From NCBI GenBank assembly GCA_918797485.1, contig CAKKNE010000004.1, positions 4,960,001-5,024,000 of the forward strand: a DNA stretch of 64,000 bases, written 5' to 3'. Every line of letters starts with the position of its first letter. Positions within the stretch are counted from its first letter, which is position 1. This DNA comes from Pelagomonas calceolata (Eukaryota). A program made the translations under genes and the position numbers. Positions 22,611 through 35,066 of the stretch are shown here, one piece after another. The notes under the pieces are model-generated. The model worked only from the letters and a program-made list of their open reading frames with translations. It had not been told where the DNA came from and searched no databases.

Positions 22611-25060
22611 ATGCGCATTTTAGCATTGCACGGCTCGGCCCAGACGTCCACACTCTTCGAGCAGCGGCTAGGACCGCTCATCAAGCGCCTTGGTGCCAGG
22701 CAGCACCAGATTACGTGCATCGACGCGCCGCATGCGCTGCCGCTGCGCGACGGCCAGGAAACGTCGCTGGGCTGGTGGCGCGAGGACGGCACGGGCCTCG
22801 AGGAGTCGCTTGACGTCGTCGACGCGGCCTGGCGCGCCGGACGCTACGACGCGCTGATCGGCTTTTCCTCAGGAGGCGCCTGCGCGTTCGCGGTGGCCAA
22901 TCGCCTGCCAGGCCTCAAGGCGCTGATCATTGCCGGCGCGCCGCGGCGGACCGAGGCCGCGCCGCCGCCCTGCTCGACGCTCCTGGTCGCGGGCCGCAAC
23001 GACAAGCTGGTCCCGCGCGACGAGACGCTCGCGCTCGCGCCCGGCGCGCAAACACACGTCCACGAACTGGGCCACAGCCTGCCGTGCCGCGCGCGAGACG
23101 TCGACGTGTACGTGTCGTTCCTGGAACGCGCGGTCCGCGGAGACGAACACGCGGAGACGGCCGCGGCCCGCGATGAGGAGCTCGAGGCCCTGGAGGCGAT
23201 ATTTTCGGACGACTTCCAGCGGGACCGCACGCGTGTCAGGCTCGACCGAGGCCCCTTCCCCGGCGACATCTACCTGGCGTTCGAGATGCGCGGCAGTTAC
23301 CCGGCGGCGGGCGGCGCGCTGCGGCTGACGGTCGTGTCCGATGCGCTGTCGCTCGCCGAGCTGCCGCAGCGCGCGTCACGGTCGATCGCGCGCGCGGCGG
23401 CGGCGGCCGTGAAGGACGACCTGGAGGCGGGCGAGCCCTGCGTCATGTCCGCGGTTCAGGCTGCAAACGATTACATCGCCGACTACGACCCGGAGGCGGA
23501 CGACGAGCCTGCCGCGGGGGACGACGAAGACGCCGCGACGGCGTCGGACAATGACGAGGAGAATGGCGAGGAGGGCGTCGACGCTGCCATTTCGTCGGCC
23601 GAGATATCGGCCTATCGCGCGGCCGCGAAGGAGGTACTGCGGCGGCGGGAGGAGGCGGCAACGACCGTGGCGCCGCCGTCCAAGCACCGCGGCGAATTCG
23701 AGGTGGTCGTCGGCGTCGTCGGCAAGCCCTCGGCGGGCAAGAGCACCTTCTTCAACGCCGTCACGCGCGCGACGGGCGCCCTCGCCGCCAAGGTCGCCGC
23801 CTATCCCTTCACGACCATCGACCCGAACGTGCGCGAGGGCTTGTACGGAGTCCTCGACCCGGATCCGGCCCTTGCGCTCGGACGGCCCCTCTCGGCCTGC
23901 CCGCCGCACGGCCGCGACGCGCAGGGCCGGAGGCTGCTGCCAGTGCTCCTCAAGGACGTGGCCGGGCTCGTGCCGGGCGCCTACGCGGGCAAGGGCAAGG
24001 GCAATAGATTCCTCAACGACTTGTGCGACGCCGACGCGCTGGTCTACGTCTGTGTGGAAATCAAGCAGTGCACCGATGGCGTGGAGGTCGACGCGACGAT
24101 TCAGTAGGCGCCGTGAAATGTTGATTTTCTTCACAGGTCCATGTGGTAGACGCCTCGGCGGAGACCGACGCGGGTGGCGCGGCCATCAATTCCGAAGACG
24201 CGGCCTCGGATGCGCTGGCCTTCGAGATCTCGTGGGTGCGCGAGGAGCTCCACCGGTGGATCGCCGGCAACGTCGCGAGCAAGTGGCGCTCGGTCGTGCG
24301 GCTGGCGCGCCTCGACCGCGACGGGATGCTCGCGCTCGATCGTCTTCTCGACCTCTTCAACGGCTATCGCGCCTCGAACGCGACCGCGCGCCGCGCGCTC
24401 GAAGTCGCGGGCCTTGAGAAGGAGCGAAACATCAGCGGCTGGGGCAAGGATCAGCTGCACCGCCTCGTCGCCGCTTTCCTGGAGGTGCGGTTCCCGACGG
24501 TCGTCGCACTTAATAAATGCGATAGGCCGTCGGCAAAGCAGCGGGTGACCGAGCTGCTCGCCGACGGCGCTGCCGGAGATGATTTGGTGCCGTGCTGCGC
24601 CCGCGTCGAGGCGGCGCTCGTCGTGGCGCGCGCGAACGGTTCTCTCGCCTACGAGGACGGCGCGGGCGCGTTCAATGGCGACGGTCCGGCGGGTGCGGCC
24701 GACTACCTGACGGAATGGGGCACCACTGGAGTCCTCGACGCCATCTCGCGCGCCGTCGCCGGCGCCAGGCCCGTCCACGCCTACCCGGTCGCCGACCTCG
24801 GGTCGCTCCGGGGCGCTCTCTCGCCAGGGCCGCTCGCGACTTGCCTCGCGTTCCGGCGCGGGGCGACCGTCGAGGACGTCTTCATCGCGCTCAAGCGCCG
24901 CGGCGGCGGCGGCGACTTCGTCCGAGCCGACGCCCTGAGCGCGGACGGGTCGAAGCGGCGCCAGGCAAAGCCCAAGGACCCGCTCGGCGCCGACACCGCG
25001 GTGCTCAAGGTGTCGTCGAACCGGAAGGCCGCGTGGCAGCAGCAGAGTGGTCCTGCTTGA
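22611..25060 (+). CDS. Fusion of FSH1/OVCA2 serine hydrolase + RWD domain + Obg-family (Ygr210/YchF-like) GTPase; intron 24042-24136
   Basis: ILALHG, GFSSGG, GRNDKLVP, HELGH; EELEALEAIF...YP (RWD); GKPSAGKST, YPFTTIDPN, DVAGLVPGA, ALVHVVDAS, ALNKCD. Confidence 0.85.
24050..24136. mobile_element. Introner element (intron 24042-24136, GT-AG)
   Basis: TIRs ctgtgtggaaatcaa / ttgattttcttcacag; TSD gtctacgt/gtccatgt. Confidence 0.9.
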
Positions 25061-25107
25061 TGTTTCGTGTTTACTAGTAACAGTATGTTTGTTGTTTTTA
25101 TTTTCGT

Positions 25108-25133
25108 CGAGGCTGAGGCTGAGGCTAGTTACG

Positions 25134-25164
<31 letters not shown>

Positions 25165-25235
25165 GTCGTTTCTAGAGACTCTGTCTCTAGCAAGGAGGAG
25201 AGAGGGAGAGAGGAGAGAGAGGAGAGAAGAGAGAG
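25108..25235. repeat. Simple repeats (AGGCTG/AGGCTC)n and a GA-rich tract
   Basis: caggct x5 at 25135-25164; purine run 25192-25235. Confidence 0.85.
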
Positions 25236-25380
25236 GCCACGCCTATGCGAAGGACTAGACCCCGCAGTGCTTGTTGAGCTCGCGCGGACGCCCTGCAGTA
25301 GATCACGTTACAAGGTCCGGATTCGTGCGCACAGCTGCTAGACTGCCACTATTACATCGATGCAGTAAAACAAGGTAGGA

Positions 25381-26655
25381 ATGGTGCGCGGCACCGCGTC
25401 GCTGGCAGCAGCCCTCACGCTGCGGTCCGCAGCCGTGCGCGGCCTCGCCTACGAAGCACAGTTGCACCGCATCGCCGCGCGCGAGTCCGAGGTGAAGGCG
25501 TTCACGGAACCGGCCGGCGACATCGTCGCGCGGGTCGAGCGGTCGAGCGACGCGGGCCTCCTCGTTGCCGTCAAGGATAACATCGCGTGCGACGGCCTGC
25601 CGCCGGCGCGCTGCGGGTCGGAGCTGCCGCCCGAGGCGCACGCCATCAACGCCGGCCCGGAAGCCACCGTCGTCACGCGCCTGCGGGAGGCCGGGTGTGT
25701 CATCGCCGGCACGACGCGCCTCGCGGAGTTCGCGGTGCTGGCGCCGCCGGCGACCGCGAACCCCCACAACGCCGCCTACTCGCCGGGCGGCTCATCGTCG
25801 GGCTCGGCGGCGGCAGTAGCGGCGGGCTTCGTCGACGCGGCGCTCGGGACGCAGACCATCGGCTCTATCGGTCGGCCCGCGGCTTTTAGTGGCGTCGCGG
25901 CCCTCGCGCCGACGCGGGGGCGCGTGCCGCGCGACGGCGTCGAGTTGTACTCGCCCTCCGTCGACGTCGTCGGCGCCTTCGCGAAGGACTGTAACACGCT
26001 GAGGGACGTGTCGCGCCTCATCTACGACGACTGGGAGGAGCCGGACCCCGACGGCGGGGTCCTGCCGCGCAAGCTCGCGGTCCTCGCGACGTTCAGCGAC
26101 GCAGTGTGCACGACCGAGGCCAAAAGTAACTTCGCCCAGGCGCTCGCGTACCTGCGGGACGCCGGCTTCGAGGGCACGGTGTGCGCGATGCCCACGCCGC
26201 TGCTGGACGACTTCGCGAGCCTCGCGCGACGGCACCGTTGCTTGGTAAATTCCGAGCTGCAGCAAGGCCACGCGAAACGCTTCGCGGACCACGGCCCGCT
26301 CTACCGGCCGGAGACGGCCGCGCTGCTGCGAGCGTCCTACGACGCCGTCGACCCGGGCAGCATGGAGGCGCTCCGCGAGGAGCTCGAGGCCGCGTTGGGC
26401 GCCGCGTTCGCCTTCGTCGCGCCCGCCGCCGCGACGGCCCCCCCCCTCCTGGCGGACGGGACGACGGGCGACCCCAGCGCGAGCCTGCCGTTCGCGCACG
26501 CGGGCCTGCCGTCGGTGACGTTGCCCGTGGGCCGCGATCACGCGACCAACCTCCCCGTTTGTTTACAGTTCGTCGGCCGCGCGGGCGCCGACGAGGCCTT
26601 GCTGCAGTTCGCGGCGCGGCTCGAGGAGAAGGCTTTCCCGGCGCTCTCTAGCTAG
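25381..26655 (+). CDS. Amidase signature family protein
   Basis: VAVKDNI, TANPHN, SPGGSSSGSAAAVAAG, LGTQTIGSIGRPAAFSG. Confidence 0.9.
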   Translation: MVRGTASLAAALTLRSAAVRGLAYEAQLHRIAARESEVKAFTEPAGDIVARVERSSDAGLLVAVKDNIACDGLPPARCGSELPPEAHAINAGPEATVVTRLREAGCVIAGTTRLAEFAVLAPPATANPHNAAYSPGGSSSGSAAAVAAGFVDAALGTQTIGSIGRPAAFSGVAALAPTRGRVPRDGVELYSPSVDVVGAFAKDCNTLRDVSRLIYDDWEEPDPDGGVLPRKLAVLATFSDAVCTTEAKSNFAQALAYLRDAGFEGTVCAMPTPLLDDFASLARRHRCLVNSELQQGHAKRFADHGPLYRPETAALLRASYDAVDPGSMEALREELEAALGAAFAFVAPAAATAPPLLADGTTGDPSASLPFAHAGLPSVTLPVGRDHATNLPVCLQFVGRAGADEALLQFAARLEEKAFPALSS

Positions 26656-26665
26656 CGGGTAATGA

Positions 26666-27787
<1,122 letters not shown>

Positions 27788-27817
27788 TAAGGACTACTAG
27801 AAACTGATACAACTTCG

Positions 27818-29166
27818 TCACGATAGCGGCGACGGCGGGGCGCAGTCCTCGGGCCGGAACGGCGCGAAGGGCGCGCCCGGGGACACGTCCCGCGGCGGGA
27901 TCGCGCCCCGTAACACCGTGGCGGTCGCGGGGATGCGCGTGTACTCCGGCGACGATAGCGCGGCGCGGACGGCGTGCGCGGTCGGGTAGTCGTTGCCGCG
28001 GGCGACGCGGTGGACGGCGACCGGTTTGTGCTTCGGCCGCTGCAGGCGCATGCGCCGGAACTCCCGCGCGCCCGGGAGGCCCCGCAGGTACCGTCTGTGT
28101 GGAAATCCTCGCAGTCGTCGCCTCCGAGCCAACACTCGGGGCGACGGCGTACGTGGGCGGGTGCGGGGCGGGCGTTCGGTCACGCAGCCCCGCGGCGGCC
28201 GGGTGGCTAGGCGGCCTAGCTCTAAGCAAAGCAAATCAAATTTCAGGCACCCTGCACTGGTCGACTCCCTGGTTGATTTCCACACGGGGCGCCGCGAATC
28301 CCGCAGGTAGGCGTCGGGCTCCGGCAGCCCGAGCGACTCGACGCCGAGCGACCACAGCAGGACGCCCAGGCCGCCCTCGTGGGACACGTCGAAGAGCCTG
28401 CACTCGCTCTGCGTGCCGCCGGCGCGGAACGCCGCCGCCGCGCGGGCCAGGGCGCCCCGCGACAGCAGCGCCGGTTGCGCCCAGTAGCTCGCGCGCATCG
28501 CGGTCCGGCACCTCGCGGGCGCGTGGAACGGCGGGCGCCGCCGCGAGCCCTGCGGCACGACGGCGACCGGCGCGTCGACGTCGCCGGCGCTGTAGAGCGC
28601 GTGCCGCGTGCCGACCTGTGTGGAAATCAAAATTTTACGGAGCGTTCACGCCATGGAGGCGACGCCTGCTCGATAGCGTGGCGGTGCCGGTTCCTCACCG
28701 TGCACCCGACGCACTGGTTGATTTCCACACAGGTGCCGACGGGGTCGAAGAAGACGTCGTCGTCCGCGAAGCCGACCCAGTCCCACGGCCGCGCGGCGCC
28801 GGCCGCGTGGGCGAACGCCGCGTCGCACTTGCAGCACGGCCCCGCCCCGCGGTACTCGTCCGTGCAGTCGGCCGCGAGGAGGTGCGCGTCGGCCAGGCGC
28901 GGGCACACGAGCGTGCCGTCGCGCGCCGGGCGGCAGCCGCGGCCGGCCGCCGAGCCCTCGAAGCCCTTCTCCACGACGAAGACGACGCGGTCGAAGCCCT
29001 TCGCCCACGTGTCGAGCGCGGGCAGGGCGCGCTGGGTGAGCCAATGCAGCGGCTCGGTGTGCGTGCCGTTGAGCCGCTTCGACTTGCCGGTCGAGAGCAC
29101 GTAGATGGCTATCCGCTGCTGCTGCGCGTACGTCGCGGTGAGCAGCAGGAGCGAGGCTGCCCTCAT
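27818..29166 (-). CDS. Fringe/GT31-like glycosyltransferase (introns 28740-28616, 28295-28095)
   Basis: Signal peptide MRAASLLLL; ALDTWAK, CCK, WVGFADDDVFF (DDD motif); spliced frame of 340 aa. Confidence 0.65.
28095..28287. mobile_element. Introner element (minus-strand intron 28295-28095, GC-AG, 201 nt)
   Basis: TIRs ctgtgtggaaatc / ttgatttccacacgg; eroded TSD ggtaccgt/ggcgccgc. Confidence 0.75.
28616..28732. mobile_element. Introner element (minus-strand intron 28740-28616, GT-AG)
   Basis: Perfect TIRs; perfect TSD gtgccgac. Confidence 0.95.
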
Positions 29167-29492
29167 GATGTGCTGCAGAGAGGAGGCTGCCCGGCTGTGT
29201 GGCTCTCCGGCGCCCACCACAAGATCTGGCAGATAGCTCCGGGATAAGTCGGGCGTACTCCAAATCGCTCAACCACGGCGTGTAGGAATAAATGATTCAA
29301 AGCTAGTACCTCTATCTCCTATCTTACCAAAGCAGGAGAGAGTGGCAGCTAGACAGATCGCGAGCGACGTTCTAGCAGCACGGGAGGTGGTTTGTTATCA
29401 AAGCGCGCCAGCGCCAGCGCCAGCAAGGTCTCTAGTCTGGACCGCGAGCAAGTTGGCACGCGCCGCAGGGGTGGCAGCAAGGCCAGCAATAA

Positions 29493-31325
29493 ATGGAACC
29501 CTACGCGCACCTCAAGACGGCGCAGGAGCTGCGGGAGGAGGGCAACCGCGAGTTCAAGGGCGGCTACTACGACGCGGCGGCGGCCAAGTACCGCGCGGCG
29601 CTCCGGAAGGACAACAACTGGGCCCTGCTCCACTGCAACCTCGCGCTCTGCTTCGCGAAGCAGGAGAAGTGGGAGGAGTGCGTCCAGGCCGCGACGGCGT
29701 GCCTCGCGGCCCCGAGCTGCGACGCGGCGACGTCGCGCAAGGCGCTCCTGCACCGGAGCCGGGCCTACCGCGCGTCGCCGCACCGGCGGGCCGAGGCCGA
29801 CCTCGACCACGCCCGGGCGGACCTCGAGCGGGCCCTGGAGACCGACCCGGCGAACAAGGTCTTGCGGCGGGAGCTCGCCGGGCTGCTGAACGGCGAGGCC
29901 GTCACGGACGCCGCGCTCCCGGACGCGCCCGCGCTCCAGTTGAGCCTGACCGAGGCCGAGCTGTACGGCCGGGACGAGGCCGCGCGGCGCCGCGACGCGC
30001 CGCCCGCGCCGCCCCCGGAGCCGCCCGCGGAGTGGGTCCAGCAGCGGCTGGCCGACGCGCTGGCGCGGCGCCGGGCCGAGCACGACGCCGCGCCGCTGCG
30101 GAAGGGCTACGACGGCCACGCGCCGGCGTTCTCGCGGCCGCCCGCGACGGCGGCGGACGCGGCGGCCGCCGCGCGGCTCGCGCGCGCCGCGCCCGCGCGG
30201 ATCGGGGGCGCGCCGGCCGCCGCCGCCCGGGACGTCGAGTTCAACCGGGGCTACAAGGAGGTCGACGTGTCGCCCTGGGCCGTGCGGCGCCTGGCGGCGC
30301 GCCTGCACGCGGTCGAGGCCCGGCTCGTGGACGACGACGCGCGGGACGCGTACGGCGGCGTCGTGCGCGTCACGCCCGCGAGCGCGGGCGGCGACGCGCT
30401 GGCCGTGCGCGTCGCCGGGCGGTGGACGCGCGCCTACGACCTGAACTGCCGCTTCGACTTCGAGGCGCGCCTGGGCGCGCCGCGCACGAAGGAAGTGACC
30501 GTGCAGGGGAAGCGCCAGCGGGTCTTCCTGGGCGTGCCGACCGTGCGGGGCGCCTTCGTCGTGCGGGAGCTCACGCACGACGACGGGCCGGACGGGTGCG
30601 TCTGCGACCTCGAGTGGGGCCGCGGCTGCTCCGCCCAGCACCTCGAGAGCGACGAGGTCGGCCTCTCGAAGGCGCACGCGGCGGCGCTGCGGAACCTGCT
30701 CTACCCGCACGACGGCGGCGCGGTGTGCGAGGCCGTGCGCGCCATGCTCGCGCGCTTCGTCGAGGACCTGGAGCGCGAGGTGCCCGGCGAGCCGCGGCCG
30801 CGGCTGCGCGACGCGTCCGAGGCGGACCACCGCGCCGCGGTCGGCTACGACGCGGCGCCCCTGCCCGAGGACGCGCCGCCGGCGCCCTGGCGCTTCGTCG
30901 CGCCGACGGCGGCGGCCTCGGAGCCCGTCGAGGGCGACGCGCCGGCCCGGAAGCCGGGCCGCGAGGGCGACGCGCGCGGCGGCTTCGGCCACGGCATGAT
31001 GGAGCAGTTCGAGGCGCTCCACAAGGACGGCTACACCGTCCTGCTCGGCGGGGCCGCGCCGGCGCCGGCGCCGGCGCCGGCGCCGGCCCTGGACTACTCG
31101 CGCTTCGAGCAGCTGCACGTGTCCGACGACGACGAGGCCGACGAGGCCCCGGTCGCGGGCGAGGTCCCGGACCTGACCGGCGCGTCGGACGAGACGCGCG
31201 ACCTGTGGAACGTGATCCTCAAGATCGCGGACGGCGACGCGGCGGAGGCGCGGCGGCTCATGGCGAACCCCGAGGAGATCGAGGAGCACCCGCTGATCCG
31301 GTGCCTCTACGCGACGTCGACCTAA
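29493..31325 (+). CDS. TPR + Aha1 N-terminal-like + Cdc37-N-like motif protein (putative Hsp90 co-chaperone)
   Basis: LREEGNREFKGGYYDAAAAKY, NLALCF; EVDVSPWAVRRL...GDALAV...AYDL; LDYSRFEQLHVSDDDE. Confidence 0.7.
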   Translation: MEPYAHLKTAQELREEGNREFKGGYYDAAAAKYRAALRKDNNWALLHCNLALCFAKQEKWEECVQAATACLAAPSCDAATSRKALLHRSRAYRASPHRRAEADLDHARADLERALETDPANKVLRRELAGLLNGEAVTDAALPDAPALQLSLTEAELYGRDEAARRRDAPPAPPPEPPAEWVQQRLADALARRRAEHDAAPLRKGYDGHAPAFSRPPATAADAAAAARLARAAPARIGGAPAAAARDVEFNRGYKEVDVSPWAVRRLAARLHAVEARLVDDDARDAYGGVVRVTPASAGGDALAVRVAGRWTRAYDLNCRFDFEARLGAPRTKEVTVQGKRQRVFLGVPTVRGAFVVRELTHDDGPDGCVCDLEWGRGCSAQHLESDEVGLSKAHAAALRNLLYPHDGGAVCEAVRAMLARFVEDLEREVPGEPRPRLRDASEADHRAAVGYDAAPLPEDAPPAPWRFVAPTAAASEPVEGDAPARKPGREGDARGGFGHGMMEQFEALHKDGYTVLLGGAAPAPAPAPAPALDYSRFEQLHVSDDDEADEAPVAGEVPDLTGASDETRDLWNVILKIADGDAAEARRLMANPEEIEEHPLIRCLYATST

Positions 31326-31378
31326 AGACTAGTTGTGCATCATGATCCGAGTCGTGATCCTACGCGGGGGCGGGCGCG

Positions 31379-33208
31379 CTACTTGGAGGCCTTGACCGCC
31401 TTGAGCGCGGCGACGACGGCCTTCTTGCCCTTCGTGGCGGCCTCCGCGCGCGCCGCCTCGCCGGCCGCGAACGCGTCCGCGACGGCGCGGCGCCGGTCGG
31501 GCCACGACGCCTTCAGCGCCGCGAGCTCGGCGTCGAGCGTCGCGTTCACGTCGTCGTAGCGCGCCTCGAGCCGGCCGACCAGCTCCGCCGCGGCGGCGAC
31601 GTCGGTGTCGCCCGAGACGTAGGACCCGAGTCGCGACCCGATGCCGTCCTTGACGGTCACCGCCGCCGAGCCCACGTAGCTGCCGCCCGTCCGGACGGCC
31701 GAGACGCCCCGCCCGGCGACGTTCTTGGCCTTGCCCAGCAGGTTGAGCCCGAGGCCGCCCAGCTTCTTCGCGTGCTCGACGAAGGGCGACCGCAGCGGCT
31801 GGCCAGGCGGCGGCGGCGGCGCGGCGTCGGCCGCGGGCGCGGGCGCGGCGTCGGCCGCGGGCGCCGGCGCGGCGGCCTCCTGCTCCAGGCCGGCGTCGGC
31901 GGGCGCCGGCGCCGGCGCGGCCGCGGCCGCCGCGGCCGCGGCCTTCTCGGCCTCCGCTTTTTTCTCGGCCTCCGCTTTTTTCTCGGCCTCCGCTTTTTTC
32001 TCGGCCTCCGCGGCCGCCTCCGCCTCCGCGGCCGCGGCCGACTCCGCCTTTTGCGCGTCGGCCTCGAGCTTCTCGGCGGCCTCGCGCGCGGCCTGGGCCT
32101 CCGCCACGGCCCTGGCGGCCTCGTCGCACTTCCGGGCGGCCTCGCGCGCGGCCTGCACGTCGGCGTACTCCTTGGCCTTGGCCGCGGCCGCCTCGATCTT
32201 GACCAGGCGCGCCTTGGCCGCGGCGAGCGTGCGCCGCGCGACGTCCCGGCCGTAGATGGCGTCGTGAGCCGCGCCGAGGTAGCCGACCATGTCGTTGAGC
32301 TCCGGCAGGGCCCGCGCGGGCCCGAAGCGGGGCGGCGCCGCGTCGGCCGCGCTCCCGGCGCTGCCCGCGAGCGCCGCGACCGACGCGAGCGCCAGCTTCT
32401 GCTCGGCGCACGCCGCGGCGTCGGCGGCCACGGCGGCGGCGGAGGCCTTCGCCGCGGCGCTGACGGCCGCGGCCTCCTCGTCGAGCCACTTGGCGAACGC
32501 GCGGATCTCGGCCGACGACAGGTGCCCGCCCGCCTTGCGCCGCTTCTCGTCCTTCTCCTCCTGCGCGTCCTCCTCGATGACCTGCTTCCGCTCGCGCGAC
32601 AGCGTCTCGCGGCCCTTGATGTAGAGCGCGCCGAGGTGCACGGCGAGCGGCGTCGGGTCCTTGAACGGGACGTGGTCGCGCTGGGCCGCCGCGAACTCCG
32701 ACGGGCTGCCGAGGCAGAAGACCTTGAGGGCGTCGTTCGACTTGAGCTGGGGGTGCTCGAGCAGCAGCATGAGCCACCGCGCCGGCGCGTCGGCGTCGCC
32801 CGCCTGGGCCTCGACGCCGAGCGGCGGCACGACGACGCCCGGGTGCTCGGCGACGAGCGCGAGGCGGCACCACTGGAAGTCCTCGACCGTCCGCCGGAGC
32901 CCGCCGCCCTCGACGCGCATCGCCTCGCCGACGCCCTTGTAGCGCGTCGTCGCCGCGAGCTCGTAGGACCAGGTCTTCACGAGGGCCGCCTCCGTCGTCC
33001 GGCGCAGCCGCCCGACGCGCGAGCCCTCGTCGACGCCCTCCTTCTCGGCCAGGCCGCCGTAGCGGACCTTCTGCGGGTCCGAGACCGCGACCGCGACGAG
33101 CTCCACGTCGGCCAGGTGGTCCTCGCGCACGGTGACCGGGTCCTTCTCGGCCAGGCAGTCGACCTTGGCCAGGGGCCCGTCCGACGGGCTCGGCGGGCGG
33201 AAGGGCAT
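31379..33208 (-). CDS. PX-domain (sorting nexin-like) protein with a coiled-coil/BAR-like region
   Basis: VSDPQKV, WSYEL, LRRTVEDFQWCRLALVAEHPGVVVPPL, LLEHPQLKSNDALKVF; (AEAEKK)n tandem 18-mers at ~31940-32010. Confidence 0.7.
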   Translation of the reverse strand: MPFRPPSPSDGPLAKVDCLAEKDPVTVREDHLADVELVAVAVSDPQKVRYGGLAEKEGVDEGSRVGRLRRTTEAALVKTWSYELAATTRYKGVGEAMRVEGGGLRRTVEDFQWCRLALVAEHPGVVVPPLGVEAQAGDADAPARWLMLLLEHPQLKSNDALKVFCLGSPSEFAAAQRDHVPFKDPTPLAVHLGALYIKGRETLSRERKQVIEEDAQEEKDEKRRKAGGHLSSAEIRAFAKWLDEEAAAVSAAAKASAAAVAADAAACAEQKLALASVAALAGSAGSAADAAPPRFGPARALPELNDMVGYLGAAHDAIYGRDVARRTLAAAKARLVKIEAAAAKAKEYADVQAAREAARKCDEAARAVAEAQAAREAAEKLEADAQKAESAAAAEAEAAAEAEKKAEAEKKAEAEKKAEAEKAAAAAAAAAPAPAPADAGLEQEAAAPAPAADAAPAPAADAAPPPPPGQPLRSPFVEHAKKLGGLGLNLLGKAKNVAGRGVSAVRTGGSYVGSAAVTVKDGIGSRLGSYVSGDTDVAAAAELVGRLEARYDDVNATLDAELAALKASWPDRRRAVADAFAAGEAARAEAATKGKKAVVAALKAVKASK

Positions 33209-33637
33209 CCTGTCCTCCTTTGATAAGACCTGATCTCGCGCCCCTTGTTCTGCCCGGAGTCGTCGAGGGTCGCGGGGCAGCGCCGCACTGCTTGCTGCGG
33301 GCGCGTGCGGGGGGAGCCGGGTCCTGGAAAGTTGACCGGGGACCGGGCTGCCTTCGCACAACAGTCTCAGAGGCCGACGCCAGGCGCTAGGGCGCTAGCC
33401 CCCGGCAGCGCTTCGAGGGCGTCGGACGGCTGGTCGGAGTCCTCAGGAGGCCGAGCCGGCACTGTCTATGGAAAAAAAAAAAAACGGGTCCGCGGCGCGG
33501 AGGCAAATCACATCAAGTGGTCGTTACTACGACGTTAGGTTGAGGTTAAGCTAATAATAAATAAGGTTAAGGGTGCGCCTCGTCAGGGCGCCGCGTCGAC
33601 TGGCGTGTCGTCCGCGACAAGGTGAATAAAGGGCGCC

Positions 33638-35066
33638 TCAGGGCGCCTCGTCGACCGGCATGTCGTCGGGGGCGGCCTCCTCCGCGCGGAGGACGAAGAA
33701 GCGGACGCTCTGGCCGTCACGCGCGGCCTCGGCCCGGAAGGCCGCGCCGCCGCAGTCGAGCGCGCCGTCCGCGCCGCCGAGGCGGTCGCCGCCGACCGCG
33801 ACGCGGAGGCCGGCCACGTTCGCCGCCTCGCGCGCGGCCGCCTCCCAGGCCGTCTCGGCGAGGCGCCGCTTGCCGCCCGGCAGGTCCAGGGACAGGACGC
33901 CGTACGTGTCGACGGTGCAGAGCACCAGCAGGTGGTCGTCGGCCGCCGGGAACGAGATGACGTCGAAGACCTCGACCACGTGGTGCTTCGCGTCCACGAG
34001 GGGGTAGCAGCCCGGCGGCGGCGGGGGCATGGCGTAGTCCGGCGGCAGGGGCACCGCCGTGCCCAGCGCCTGTGTGGAAATCAACCAGTGCGTCGGGTGC
34101 ACCCGAAAATTCTTCACTAAGTCATTTCTCGGCGATGACGCGGCTGTCCTGGCTCGGTCGAGCGGCGAGGAACCGGCATCGCCACGCCATCGAGCAGGCG
34201 TCGCGTCGATGGCGTGGAGGCCGACGCGACGAGTCAGCACGAACGCGCCGTAAAATTTTGATTTCCACACAGCCCAGCGCGCGCGACTGCAGCAGGCCCC
34301 GCACCGAGATGGGCACGCAGACCGGCGCGCCGCGGCCGTGCCACATGCCCGCGGGGGGGAACCTCCCGGCGCCGAAGTCGCCGAAGAGCGCCCGGTTCGC
34401 CGCCGCGCACGCCGCGCCGACGCGCTCCGGCGGCCCGGCGACGGCGATGGCGCCGTTGCGCCACGCGCCGTCCAGCATGCACGCCGCGCACGAGACGCGC
34501 GCCGGGCCGTTCGCCTCGCGCTTGACGGCGTCGGCGATGGCGTCCGACAGCAGCGCCTCGCGCCGCCGCCGGAGCGCCGCGTCCTCGCCGCGGTCCGCGG
34601 CCGGCCGCTGCGCCGTGCGCTCGCCGGGGCCCGCCGGGGCGCCCTCGGACTTCTCCGGCCGCTTGCCGAAGTCGCGCTCGTCGGAGCCGAAGTGCAGGTC
34701 CGGCGCCTTCGCGTCGCGCGACGCGACGACGTAGCCGCTCGCGCGGCCCTCCGCCGCGTGGCGGCCGCGCGTCCGCGCGAGGCGCGCGCAGGAGCACCCC
34801 GGCGCGTGCACCTTCAGTTGCTGCGCCTGCTTGCTCTCGCGCGGCGCGTGCTCTCTCTGCGGTTGCGGCGTGCGGCGACCTTCGTTGCCGTTGCCACCGC
34901 TGCCGCGCCGGGAGCTGCGGCCGCCGCGCCGCGTGCGGCTCGGCTTCTGCGGCGTCGACTCTCCTCGACTGCTTGCGGGTGCTGCCGGCGGCGTGGGCGG
35001 CTTCCACTCCGAAGCTTGGACGTTGAGCTTGGAGAGGGATGCGGGGGAGGAACTACGAGACGACAT
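33638..35066 (-). CDS. PAM2 motif + C-terminal Nudix hydrolase protein; intron 34280-34070
   Basis: SKLNVQASEWKP (PAM2-like); LDLPGGKRRLAETAWEAAAREA (Nudix box, degenerate end). Confidence 0.65.
34070..34272. mobile_element. Full-length (203 bp) introner element, GC-AG
   Basis: Perfect TIRs; TSD cccagcgc; near-identical to 50531-50733. Confidence 0.95.
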
